A stretch of 64,000 nucleotides of DNA from a virus (lineage: Duplodnaviria > Caudoviricetes). The translations under genes were made by a program, and so were the position numbers. The stretch covers positions 15,113 to 79,112 of the IMG/VR virus record IMGVR_UViG_3300027884_000039. One strand, written 5' to 3'. This document shows positions 8,625 to 19,959 of this stretch, piece by piece; positions within the stretch are counted from its first letter, which is position 1, and the number at the start of each line of letters is the position of its first letter. The notes beneath the pieces are model-generated. The model was not told the DNA's origin. It saw nothing but the letters and a program-made list of their open reading frames with translations, and did not search any database.

Positions 8625-11600
8625 CTAATGTAATTTATTAGTTGCCATGAAATTAATGAGTGTCGCATGTTTAATTACTTGCTCCGCATGGTATGCCTGC
8701 CCCTCACTCACATAGTTCCAAAATAAGGGTCGTTGCTCTTTGGATAGTAAACCTACCATTGTCTTGGCGATTTCCTTATTACCCGCTTTGTCAGACCCCC
8801 ACAATTCAATAATTTTTTGGAAGTGATCATAGTTGTTATTCATATACGTTTAGTTTATTTACTCTTTAATTCATAATTCCATTCGCCATCGATGGTTCTG
8901 AACGGACGCACTATAGTTGGATGCCCCTGTCTATATAGATCGATTGAAACAATGGTGCGCACATCAACTCCTTGCTGCTCCAGGTGATCAAAGATCAGCG
9001 ATAACCAGGGCTTGCAATCGATCCCCTCTATTACTTTGCCGTTTTCATCAAAACAGCTATAGTGCCCATTATCAGCGATTAACATGGAATGTACTTTCAT
9101 ATACGTTTAGTTTATTTACAGCCCCGTTACGAAGACCTCCAAAGGGAAGAGGCGGGGGCTGCTATCATAATTTTCCCGACTTTAGACGGGTAAACGCCGA
9201 AGTTGAAAAGACATGTATAGGCATTCACATAATAGAAATACGGCCCAATACGGAGGGGATTCATGAAACACATATTTTCCTATCAGGAATAGCGCTACCA
9301 TAAATCCCAATATCTGTAGCCACATATAAAACTCTCTATATACGCGCTTTCTCTTGGTATCTGTAATCGGTACCTGCGGTTGTTCTTCCACTGGCTCCCA
9401 TATAATGAACCGAAAGCCATTGAATGTTCTCTTGGCACCATTGATTAGCACCACTACACATGGATAACCTTCGATGTCCTCATAAATCTCCGTCACCCCC
9501 TCGTGCCCTACTTCAAAATAGTCAATATCGTCGGGGTTTTCATTACTGTTAAAGATTCTAACATTGGTATTCATATTGTTGTTTTGTGGCCGTGAAGCCG
9601 GTTAAAAATTCTTGTGGTAGAATTCGATGAACTTATTATTGATGGCAACGTACTCATTCGCCTGGGCAATTATCCCAATTTGCTTTGCCGTAAAAGAAGT
9701 GATCCATCGTAATAATTCCTTCCTTTGGGGCTGATCCATACCAGCTATTTTTTCTCTGACTCTTTTATAATCCCCAGTAATCCACCACGATAGGAATGTC
9801 TTTAAATCTGAGTCTGATAATCCTATCGGTGTTTTCTTTTGTTTCATTGGTGAAATTGTTTAGTGATTTAATCGGGGTTTTTATCGCGGCCAATGACGAT
9901 GGCATTCACATAGCCCATAACTGGACCCCCTTCCTGCTTGAAGTTTTGAAACTGACCATCGTAATAGCGTTTCTTGCCTACCTCTATTACCATTTCCATC
10001 GTGATCTCCGGATGGTCATAGCCATTCTCATAGCCATCGACCAGGACTAGCATGTCGCGAGGTAGCTTACTCAGGCGGTCCAATAGTTCGCCTACTGTTG
10101 TTTGTTCTGCCATTGTTATGCGGGATCGTTGCCCGCTACGTTTATTCAGTGATTCCAATCGGTGGACAACCACAGGTGATCGCGGCTATCATTGCATGCA
10201 AAAGCTCTTCTGTATTACAAGAACCCATCGGTTCAGGATCAAAACCGAAGGATGGTCCAGGGTCATGCTCTTGCCATGGAATTTCATTGCCATCCTTATC
10301 TACTTCTACCCGCTCGGCTTCTAGCCAGAGCTTGTACTTGTACTTCTTTTCCATTGTTGTTGGTTTTATGGTGATTAAATTAAAACTTTGGACTGAAACT
10401 CCTGCTGATTTATAAATGTCAAGGTGTCGCCAATATAGTAATGGTTGCTTACCAAATAGACCTCTTCCAATTTTCCATACTCACACACTTCTAATATCTT
10501 GATGGCTTCGGGGATGTCATCGGCAACGAATATTGTTTTGAATTTACCATTCGTTGCCTTGTAATAAAGTACAAATAGCTTCATGTTGATTGGTTTATAG
10601 GGGGCTCCTGTTACGGGAGCCCCCTGGTGAATTAATGATTCCACGGATGATGGACGAGCGGCAGAGCCGCCTTCGCCATTTCTTCATCATCTAAATAATT
10701 AGCCACATTGGCTAACGTAAGTGGCAGTTCGATGTCTACGGCCATAAATGGCTGACCGAATCCATAGGGTTGGTCATGCGGCATGTCATACGCTATTACA
10801 TCATATTCAGCGGGCTTGTCGCAAAATACTTCGGTTACCAAGCCATTGTGGATAAGAACAATAATGCGGGCTTTGTCGCTCATTTTAGTGTTTTATGGGA
10901 TGTCGTGTTATACGACATCCCTGGTGAATGATTAAGGATTGATAATGGTGCCATCCGGCAGCTTATTGGTATTGATTATGGATACCTGTTCATTGCGTGA
11001 CAGCATATACGCTTCCGGCTTTGAGATACGCACGTAATAGTTTGCGTTGGTCGAAGCTACTTTCAATAGGACATAATACTCGCCGTTGCTATTGATAATA
11101 GCCATTGACGTGGTTATCACTCGTTGCCTTGTTGGTTTGTTTGACATCGGATGGATTTTTAAAGTGCGTTAATACAAAGGATAGCACGGGTATAAGCATT
11201 ATTGCTATCCTCTTGGAATGCTTGTTTAAGCATATGCCTTAATGCCGCCTTGCGCTTGTCTTTGTTCAGCGATAAAAATAACTCTACCGCCTTGTCTGGA
11301 TCATCTATTGATGTGCGAATGATCGTGTCATAATAGACCGGGTTGAGGGTTTTACACATGGCTGTACGGTTTAGTGTGACCAAAATAATGCCCACTGCTT
11401 CGCTCCACCGCGCTTGTGTCCATCGCCTGTGGTCTGGTAATGCGCACCTTCCGGTTCACTACCTTACTCACGACCTCGCCTAACTCCGCGAGGTTGTCCA
11501 TCGTAATGTAGGCATAGACCGGTTCTTCGAACGCTGTCCTTGGTCCCTCCGCTGCCACCTGGACAGCAATTAACTGGGGGATTGTTTTTTTCTTGTTCAT

Positions 11601-13230
11601 GTGATTGTGTTTTAATGAGGTCACTACTCCGCCTTCCAGACGGTAGGGCACGATCCTGTAGTGACGGGTGATTATTTAATCTCAACCGGCTTATCCACTT
11701 CGAAGGACTCGCTACATACAACGGTCGCGGTCTTTGTTACCTTCACCACTTCCGTTTTGATGCGCCGCCAATAGCCATCGTAGCCGTCCTTCTTGTTCCG
11801 CATGCGATACTCCTCGCTATTGATCATATCGATAGCCTCCTGCATCGTATCGAATGTCTTGCCGTGAAACATATAGCCGTCTGCTAACTGGATTTCGTAA
11901 TAGGTGATCGTTGTTGTCTTCATGATTGCTTGTTTTTAGTTATCGAAACTTTTGATGCGCCGCTATCCCCCGTTCGACGGTAGGATCGTGTTACACCAGG
12001 ATAGCGGAGGTTAATAGATGGCACTAATACACACTTTCAATACCTGATAGTCATCAGAGTTAAAGGTAAAGTCTGCTAGTTCCGTGAGGTACTTCACTCG
12101 CTGTTCATTACTCATAGCGCGGAACTGATCCGAAGCTTGCTTCAATTGGCCGTTCACAACGCTTTCAAAGATCATATCCTGATACTCTTTAATGGTTGTG
12201 AAGCCGTGGTCCGCTAAATCTTTCTTGGTGATCATGGTTGTGTGTTTATAATGATTGAATAATGTTCACATTAGGTCCCAGGGTAGACACCCCAGGACCA
12301 GGCCAGCTTTGGCCCTCTCAATTAAACGAGGTCATTGAAGAATGTTATGAACTCCTGCGTGAACTTCCCCTGTTCATCGAATACCAAGTACTCGCAGTAG
12401 TCATGCTCGCAATACAATGGATAGTTCGCCTTGCTGTTGTATTGACTCTTGAATACCAACTGCGTTTCGCCAATGGCAAAATCAATATTGCGGACGGCTA
12501 AATATCCATCGTCTAATAATGTTATGTCAAATGGATCGCCTTCATGATACATTGTCATGCCTTTTAAAGGAAATCCATCGTGTATGGATAAGGCTAATTG
12601 GCCTATACACTTGAGCAGCTTCGCTTCATTGAATAGGTCACGCGGTAGTACGCGGAGATAGTATATATTCATGCTTGTTGTTTTAGTGGTATCAATAAAT
12701 CAGGTTTTCTTTATCACAAATGGCTTTTACTTGATCTTTCAACGCCTGTGGGATGTATGTTTGGGCCATAAAGTAGCTAATGGCCATATACCCCTGATAG
12801 CCGCCTCCTTTATCGATCCCTATCGCAATTTCATACTTGCGATTGGCGTGATTGGCTGGTTCACCAACACAACCCATTGTACCCGTAATAAGGGTATACC
12901 GATTAGTATGTATCAGCGTTTTGTTTAATATCAATTTCATGATTTTGTATTTTAGTTCGAACCCCTCCCGGTATCGATCCGGGATGCTAGTTCCAAACGG
13001 GGTTAAGACATCTCTTGAATGATATAGAGGTAATCTACTGAGCCGCTATCTTGATATGCTTCCCATACAGAAAAGCTATCGTCTTCAAAAAGCTTATCCA
13101 TATATACCACGTCCCTATTATTGCCCCGCTCCCAAAACCATTGATTAGCTTCAGCCTGAATATCCGCTTCCACAGGTAGATGTAGGCAATTTGGTTGTAA
13201 TTCTGCATCCGTTACATTCTTAATTCGCAT
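8625..13230 (-). other. array of ~17 small hypothetical early-type genes (8625-8843, 8855-9100, 9182-9574, 9602-9847, 9868-10113, 10142-10354, 10375-10584, 10632-10883, 10932-11147, 11159-11359, 11352-11600, 11672-11923, 12011-12235, 12322-12672, 12692-12940, 13003-13230)
   Basis: tightly tiled minus-strand ORFs of 60-130 aa, most preceded by A-rich ...CAATCATG/AAACGTATATG leaders. Confidence 0.7.
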
Positions 13231-13262
13231 AGTTTATGTTTTAGTTATTGAAACAAACGGGG

Positions 13263-13859
13263 TTAATAACGTTTACCGTCACGGGTGAATTCATCTTCCA
13301 TATTGGCAAGTTCCTCGCTAATGCATTCGTCACTGTCCTGGTATTCATGGTCTGCTTCTACCGCCCGTTCCCATGCATGATAACATGCATGCAGCAATTC
13401 TTCGAAGTCCTGATCGGTTGGCTTCTTTAGATAATCATATATGGGTCGCAAGATATCCTCATCCATACAATATCCGGTTAATGTACAGCAATATGGCGAT
13501 AATACACACTTACTTTCCCATGTCTTAAAGGTATTTTCGCCGACCCTCTTGTGATACTGCTTGCCGCCGAATAGATGTGTACGGTAATTATTCCATAGAT
13601 ACGCCATTAGGCGCGGGCCGGATAGCTCGGCTATATCTTCCGCTATCTGCCTGTTTTTTACAAAAGTGATTCCATCCCCTCGCCGATTCTGTTCGATAGG
13701 GAATAGGTCAATGAATGCCTTTAACGTGTGCAGGTTTTCGGCGTCCCACGCATAGCCATAGTCACTGCGCTTATTGCGATACGCTTCAATAGCTTTCTCC
13801 TTGGCTGCTTCACTCAGTTCGTTGAACTTGTACAGCTTAATTCTTATGGTCCTACTCAT
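13263..13859 (-). CDS. conserved phage/ICE acidic protein (family often annotated antitoxin-like or anti-restriction-like)
   Basis: KLYKFNELSEAAKEKA N-terminus and EYQDSDECISEELANMEDEFTRDG C-terminus; recognised from memory. Confidence 0.55.
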   Translation of the reverse strand: MSRTIRIKLYKFNELSEAAKEKAIEAYRNKRSDYGYAWDAENLHTLKAFIDLFPIEQNRRGDGITFVKNRQIAEDIAELSGPRLMAYLWNNYRTHLFGGKQYHKRVGENTFKTWESKCVLSPYCCTLTGYCMDEDILRPIYDYLKKPTDQDFEELLHACYHAWERAVEADHEYQDSDECISEELANMEDEFTRDGKRY

Positions 13860-13901
13860 AACATTAATGCGTCTTTTATACTCTGCGCCTGAGCGGTTTG
13901 G

Positions 13902-16047
13902 TTAATCTTCGAAATGCAAATACTTTTCTACCTTATCCATAACCGCTAAAAAATGAGTGTGGTGAAAAATAGGGTTGCTGAAGGATTCTGGATTCTTTGC
14001 AATGGCCTGCCTATTGAGTGCTACCATGTTCATCATGCGTTCACGCAATAGCGCTGCTTCCATTGGCCTCAAGTCCTTTAGGAGCTTACGAAATAACTGT
14101 TCATTGGTTGGCGGTTTTGGTGTCCGCTTTTTGCGCGTTATGCGCCTCGCGGTCTTTTCGTCAACATTGAATAGCATCATGTCAGTAAAGTTTAAAGCAT
14201 GAGGGCATAACCCTCATGCTTAGTGATTAAAAATGATACATACCAAGAACGGAATGGGAATAGAGCAGGTAGGCTGATCCCAGTAGGATCGCTACCGTGC
14301 CCAGGCTAATCGCTGTAGTAAGAGCGATCCGCTGTAGTTTGTGTTTCATGTGTATTGTTTTAATGAGTAACGTAAGACGGTCACGAACCGCCTTGTCAGG
14401 CTTTAACCTGGATACGTTTAGGCTGTACGCTCCTGTTCATGGAGGATAATGCCTTGACCATATATGCACTCTATTAATGGTAACAGCACATCCCTATCGA
14501 TTATATCTACCGGGATGGAACATTCACCACAATCATAGGTTATATACAGCCTATTGCTGTATATAGATATGGTTACCTGCTTGACTGATTCCGTAATAAC
14601 GATAATCCCATTCAGCAATGTGTGATAATCACGCGCCACATGCTCGCAATCTGTGACTTTCACAATGTGACTCCCAGGGTAGGGCTTAGTAGGCCGCGTA
14701 AAGACTTTTGCAAAACCTTTACTAAATCGGTGGTTGCTATCCTCATACTGATAGCTAATAGCTGGATGGCGCCATATGCTGGACGCCATATCCTTAATAG
14801 ATGGTAGTTTCATGATTGAGTGATTTAATGAGAACCACGCAAGGAGTCGAACCTTGCTTATGTTCCAATGTGGTTAAGATAGCGTCCGAAGCACTTTTGT
14901 TAGTTGGCTAATCGCATACTGAATGTCTGCTTTCATCCCTTCGGTATCATAGCCTGATTCATTCTTTGTAAAGGCGTTGATAATAATAGCAGAGATTGGA
15001 TCGCTGTTAGCATCGAATGTATCTTCTAATACTTGGTCACATAGATTGGCAGCATGGGGAATACCCATATCCTGGCCGACGAATAATTCTTGTAATGTTG
15101 GCATTGTTGAATAATTTAGCACCACTATCCGGGATCGAACCGGTTGACATGCCATGATCATGTAGTGGTTGGTGTTATATGGGTACAGCCCACAGATCAC
15201 CATCCTGTTCCAAGGTGTATTGGTGGCCGTCAATGGTTATCATTGCATGCTGTAGCACATCCTCCCATGCTTCCCAATAATCAACGTGGTCAATATCCAA
15301 TTTCTGTAGGATGGAGAGATCAATACCCGTTACATCCTTGTAGTACATACGTGCAAACTGCTGCGGGATGTAGACCCCTTTGTTTTCGTCTAGCAATAAA
15401 ATGCGGTCCATAGTGTTATGATTTAGCGGATGAACAAATAATGAATCCTTGTGCATGTAACAGGTCAATGCGCTTTAATTCGATGGCATCCATGTCAACG
15501 CCTTCACTAAGTAATAAACGGATAACAGCACTGGTGGCAAAACTATCATAAGTTGTCGGCCAAGGAAGAAAAAGACTACGGCGATTAGTGGATAGTGAGG
15601 TATAGGATAATTCGCGCTTACGCAAGGCTGTGAATACTTGTTTCATATCAGGGGTGTTTTAGAATGTGAAATCAATTTCTACCATCGTCCCTTTCTTGCG
15701 TTCTCCGAAGGCATTGACATCGTCGAATGCATAGTAGCTGTACTTGCGCGTAAAACGATTATAACCGTCATACACATATACTTTCTGTTTGCCTGGAAAG
15801 CGGAAGTATATGCCTTTCGGTAGTTTATTTATTTCTTGTGTCATGTGCATGTGATTTATGATTTAAGAATATCCGCACATTGTAGTAATAGAATGAGCTT
15901 GCGTGCCCAATCGTTTGCTTCATTGTGCTTGCCACACATTTTGTATGCGATTGCTTTAGCGAGTGCAGTTGCAATCTCTTTACGGTCTAGCATGATTGTA
16001 TGTTTTAATGAGTCACTACTTACAGTCACGAACTGATTGTCGGCCAT
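13902..16047 (-). other. array of small hypothetical genes (13902-14180, 14418-14813, 14874-15233, 15175-15432, 15416-15646, 15659-15850, 15856-16047)
   Basis: tiled minus-strand ORFs with A-rich leaders. Confidence 0.6.
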
Positions 16048-16351
16048 ACAGTTACGTTAGTATTGCCAATGTAGTGGTCCGCTTTATTTCACAATGAACT
16101 GCCTGCAATATACAACGATAGTTATATAAAGTATAACAAAGTATAACTTTTATTTTTGAAATTACATGGAAACACCTATTGTATGATGCTACAATGTGCT
16201 TGCAGAAGTGGGAAATATTGCGTAGTATTGTAATAGGATAAGAGGACGGCAATATGGCGCTGTCCTCGGTTTAATGGTCTATAGGCAAGCTGGTTGGTAG
16301 CATTTTAAAGCGAGGTCAATCCCCTGGACATTGCAAGGTTCGGGGGATTTT

Positions 16352-16702
16352 TTATTTAGCAGCGCAGATATCTGTCATGCATTGATTCAATTCATCCACA
16401 ATTCTCCGCCCTTTCAGTGTGATTGAGTAATAGCCCCAACGCTTATAGTGAGTACATATAATGTATTCCAGGTCAAGCAATCGAGTAATAGATGCTGAAT
16501 ACCTGGGCATCCAAATGCGATTGCGAATAGCGAGCATTATTTCTTTTGTTCGCAATCCTTTCTTAGCCTCTTTTAAGGCATTTAAGACCATGACATCTAA
16601 ATCGTTAAGAATTGTATGGTGAGTTGCGTTCGTCTTGTCTATTGCCATTGGAAGGCTGCAAGCGTACGTTATTGGTGTGATAATGGTAATTACCGGGTGC
16701 AT
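16352..16702 (-). CDS. winged-HTH (MarR/PadR-like) protein
   Basis: LRTKEIM..SASITRLLDLEYI..WGYYSITLKGR. Confidence 0.65.
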   Translation of the reverse strand: MHPVITIITPITYACSLPMAIDKTNATHHTILNDLDVMVLNALKEAKKGLRTKEIMLAIRNRIWMPRYSASITRLLDLEYIICTHYKRWGYYSITLKGRRIVDELNQCMTDICAAK

Positions 16703-17012
16703 GAACCGTACAACGAATTGTAATTATGAAATAATACCTCATTGTGTCATACTGACGCAATGAGCGTCCAGACATAAAAAAACCCTACGATAGGGTAGGG
16801 GAGCGGGTTGTATCGCTTTGTGTCATGACATAATTGCTAGTTAACATAACAATAATTATCAGCCAACATATAAGCATACACGAAATTGCTTTTGCTCGCA
16901 TGATAATCACCGTTATAAGCCAGGAATTCTTTTCAGGCTGAAATCCTTCGACCCCACCCGGTCGAAAGGAACGCGTTTTCCCCCTGGACGCGGCCCCCGG
17001 CTTGCTGCCATA

Positions 17013-17357
17013 TTATCCCAACCCTTCATCCCGCCACAATTTATCAACTTCCCGTCTTTCTGTTTGTCCATACTCGATAATCAACCTAATGAATTCCTTT
17101 AATAGTTCATGATGGCTACCAAAGCCTTTCCCGGCGCATTCGTCGATCATCTTAGCCACTCCTGAGGCGACGGCATTGAAAAATATTGTGAGCCCCTTTT
17201 CATTTACATTTCCTTTCTCGTCTCGGAATAGGGCAAGTAACCGTTTTGGCTCCATTGCAATATCGCCGATGTATGTAATATTTCCAAAGGCGCCACTCTC
17301 GTCGTTATACAACCCCTCCATTATACATGATACCGTGAATCTTGCTTTCACTTCCAT
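17013..17357 (-). CDS. hypothetical protein (paralog of the next ORF)
   Basis: 114-aa ORF. Confidence 0.6.
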   Translation of the reverse strand: MEVKARFTVSCIMEGLYNDESGAFGNITYIGDIAMEPKRLLALFRDEKGNVNEKGLTIFFNAVASGVAKMIDECAGKGFGSHHELLKEFIRLIIEYGQTERREVDKLWRDEGLG

Positions 17358-17361
17358 GGTC

Positions 17362-17715
17362 TTAATTTTGCGATGGTTTATCCCCCTTGGTCCTCACTTC
17401 CCGATAAGTACACTTCTCGTCAAGCGCTTGGCGCACCTCAGTCATAAATCTTTCCATAATAGTCTCTCGATCATTCCAGCCCGCTAATTCACTTTGTTGT
17501 ATCGCTGCTGCGAGTCCATTAGCGATAACATGCAAGTAGGTGGCAACGGACCCCTGCGTTATGCGCGGATGAAGTGGATCACCTTGAATTTCCTTCATGA
17601 CGTCCGGATCATCTGCGACAACCGTAAATCCCTTGGTCAACACCATCTCTTCGTCAGTAGTCGGATCGAAATTGATGATCAGTACTGTTTTAGCAAGTAA
17701 CTCTATTTTAATCAT
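17362..17715 (-). CDS. hypothetical protein
   Basis: start MIKIELLAK at 17715 within track ORF 17362..17853. Confidence 0.6.
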   Translation of the reverse strand: MIKIELLAKTVLIINFDPTTDEEMVLTKGFTVVADDPDVMKEIQGDPLHPRITQGSVATYLHVIANGLAAAIQQSELAGWNDRETIMERFMTEVRQALDEKCTYREVRTKGDKPSQN

Positions 17716-17749
17716 GGCTATTATAAAGGTAATAAAAAAATCAATACGA

Positions 17750-18196
17750 TCACTCCTCCGGATAAGTCGGCCCATCCGGCTTCGGGTCTTCCTCGTCGGA
17801 CTCTTGGGGGCGCTTCTCCTCAAACAGTCGGTACCCCTCACTATGCAGATCACACACTGTGCGGAGCCTTTGTTCTCCCTTCACACGCCGTTTACCAGGT
17901 GCGCCGCATACTTCACAGGTTTGGAGCGAGCGGCGTTCGGCTCTACGCAAAGCTTCCCACATGGGTTCAGTCATACCATTGGTATAGAACCGCAGCAACC
18001 CAAACTTCTCTTTGATCTGGCAAATTTCCTTATTCCAGCCCAGGGCGATCAACTCTTCGATGAGATCATGGATAAGCTGTAGCCAGCCGCCCCCACATTC
18101 ACATATATTAGTAGTGATTGGAGGCCGATCGGCATAATGGCCATTGACCAGGCCGCCGATAGAGACCAGCCAGGCTTCGAACTGTTCAGTAGTCAT
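17750..18196 (-). CDS. conserved phage protein with Zn-finger (QIKEKFG.LRFY family)
   Basis: GWLQLIHDL, QIKEKFGLLRFY, TCEVCG..G, RTVCDLH. Confidence 0.75.
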   Translation of the reverse strand: MTTEQFEAWLVSIGGLVNGHYADRPPITTNICECGGGWLQLIHDLIEELIALGWNKEICQIKEKFGLLRFYTNGMTEPMWEALRRAERRSLQTCEVCGAPGKRRVKGEQRLRTVCDLHSEGYRLFEEKRPQESDEEDPKPDGPTYPEE

Positions 18197-18539
18197 ATGT
18201 TGCAGGGTGTTGATTATCGTCTTCTGGATCGAGATATGGTGTCGGTTTTTCGCTCGCAAATTTAGCACGAATATGATTCCAAAATGCTATGTCAATTTGG
18301 CTGGACATGGGGATCGGGGGGTCCGACCAGGTACCAGTAAGGATTTTTAGGCAGCGCTTGCAGCAAAAGAGATCGGCTGTTCGTGCTCCCTCTCGGGTAT
18401 ACTCTCGACATTGGGTTGTCTCCCGCAAAGGCCCCTTCCAGCCACATTCACAGGTCAGGTTGGTGCCCTCTGAGGGTGTTTTGTATTCCTTATAGGTGCT
18501 AGACTTTGTTAAGGGACTAGGGGTTTTCTGGAAAGGCAT
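18186..18539 (-). CDS. hypothetical Zn-ribbon protein
   Basis: LTCECGWKG and FCCKRC cysteine pairs. Confidence 0.6.
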   Translation of the reverse strand: MPFQKTPSPLTKSSTYKEYKTPSEGTNLTCECGWKGPLRETTQCREYTREGARTADLFCCKRCLKILTGTWSDPPIPMSSQIDIAFWNHIRAKFASEKPTPYLDPEDDNQHPATYDY

Positions 18540-18579
18540 GCTGATTTGTTTTTGCGAAGATACGATTAAATTGCTTTTT

Positions 18580-19150
18580 TCATGTGTGTAACAAAAACTA
18601 CACACATAATGTTACAAAATACGCAGTGTTTAATCTGAAACGCCCTATTCTTTGATTTAGAAGCTATTACTTTTTTTTTTCTAATATGCTATATGTTTAG
18701 TTTGTAACAGTTAAATAAGTAATAATTAATGAGTTATATTAATTGTTTCAAAGTATACAGATGAAATAGTGTATATATCGCAGGAGAGAAGAAAGAAGAA
18801 GAGAGGAAAAGAGTAAAAAATAGGTATAATTAAGTAGTATGTAATCTATAGTAGTATATATAAATAAATGTAATATAAAAGTAAAAAAAAATAAGTAGTA
18901 AATAAAAAAATAAGTAGGTTGCCGGCTTTTTTATCTGTGTAGTTTGTAACAGGGCCAAAAAAAACACGTAACTAATTGATTATCAACCACTATAATGTTA
19001 CAAACTACACGAAAATTCATGTGTATAGTTTGTAATTTCATGTGTGTAGTTGAGTGTGTAGTTTGTAACACCATGTGTGGAGTTTGTAACACGGGGTGTT
19101 TCAGGATCAATCGGTTACCTATGGCGGCTTTAGACCATACAATGAATTTT
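18580..19150. repeat. AT-rich divergent intergenic region with iteron-like 15-mers (candidate replication origin)
   Basis: GTGTAGTTTGTAACA exact at 18937 and 19056, inverted at 18996, 1 mismatch at 19077, partial at ~18696 and ~19021; no ORF; very A/T-rich 18660-18920. Confidence 0.6.
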
Positions 19151-19252
19151 TTAAAAAACCTTGGTATAAATTGATTATCATTAAAATATATCCTGTAAAT
19201 TTATTGGGTAATTCGGGTCGTCCGATTTTCGCATAACCATCACCTTCATTCT

Positions 19253-19612
19253 ATGAATCATTGCAAACTCACGGCTGTCGTGCATCACATGGTCCCAATG
19301 GTCGAAGGCAAGCGGATTTCTATTCTAAAATTCACGGTCTGTAATACCGAAAAAGTACCCAATCCGATCACAGAAGACCTGGATGTTTTCGAAACCTGGG
19401 TATCTTGTACCTGGTATAATCCTCCAGAGGCCATTTTAAGCCAATTCAAGCCCCGATCGGTGGTTCACCTGGAGGGAAGGGTCTACGTGGACTTCTTTGG
19501 GCGTAGAAATGACTCTATAGGGCGAGGGTTGTGTATGGTGGTCGAACGGGGTCACTGGAGGAGTGATCGCCCCGTTAGATCAGACCCCTCGACCAATGAA
19601 CAGACAGATTGA
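19253..19612 (+). CDS. divergent single-stranded DNA-binding (OB-fold) protein
   Basis: SSB-like pattern ILKFTVC..ETWVSCTWY..QFKPRSVVHLEGRV; lacks the acidic tail. Confidence 0.6.
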   Translation: MNHCKLTAVVHHMVPMVEGKRISILKFTVCNTEKVPNPITEDLDVFETWVSCTWYNPPEAILSQFKPRSVVHLEGRVYVDFFGRRNDSIGRGLCMVVERGHWRSDRPVRSDPSTNEQTD

Positions 19613-19737
19613 CAGGTTTCCCTCGTTTGACAAGGCAAAACCATACAATGAAAACTACAACGAATAGCACAACAAACCATACAATATAACCATACAATGA
19701 AAAATTTGCTTGTTTTACCCATAATTTATATTATTGT

Positions 19738-19959
19738 ATGATGACTGAAGAGCCTACCCACTACGACGACCTAGTGATTGATGAGGTGCATTTCTCCGAA
19801 GGGGGAATGAAGATTTTATGGCAGGGCAAGGTGGGGTTCGGCGAACTCTGCTTGATGGCCCAACCAGGAGGCCGGGTGTATATTGATCATGAATTCATGG
19901 GGGAGGAGTTCTGTAAGGCGGTCCTAGCCAAGGTCATTGATAAATATTATACCATATGA
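19738..19959 (+). CDS. hypothetical protein
   Basis: 73-aa ORF. Confidence 0.6.
   Translation: MMTEEPTHYDDLVIDEVHFSEGGMKILWQGKVGFGELCLMAQPGGRVYIDHEFMGEEFCKAVLAKVIDKYYTI

Noticed and set aside
18781-18920. GA/A-rich low-complexity tract as a functional repeat on its own
   Set aside because: Irregular, with no unit; treated as part of the AT-rich origin-like region
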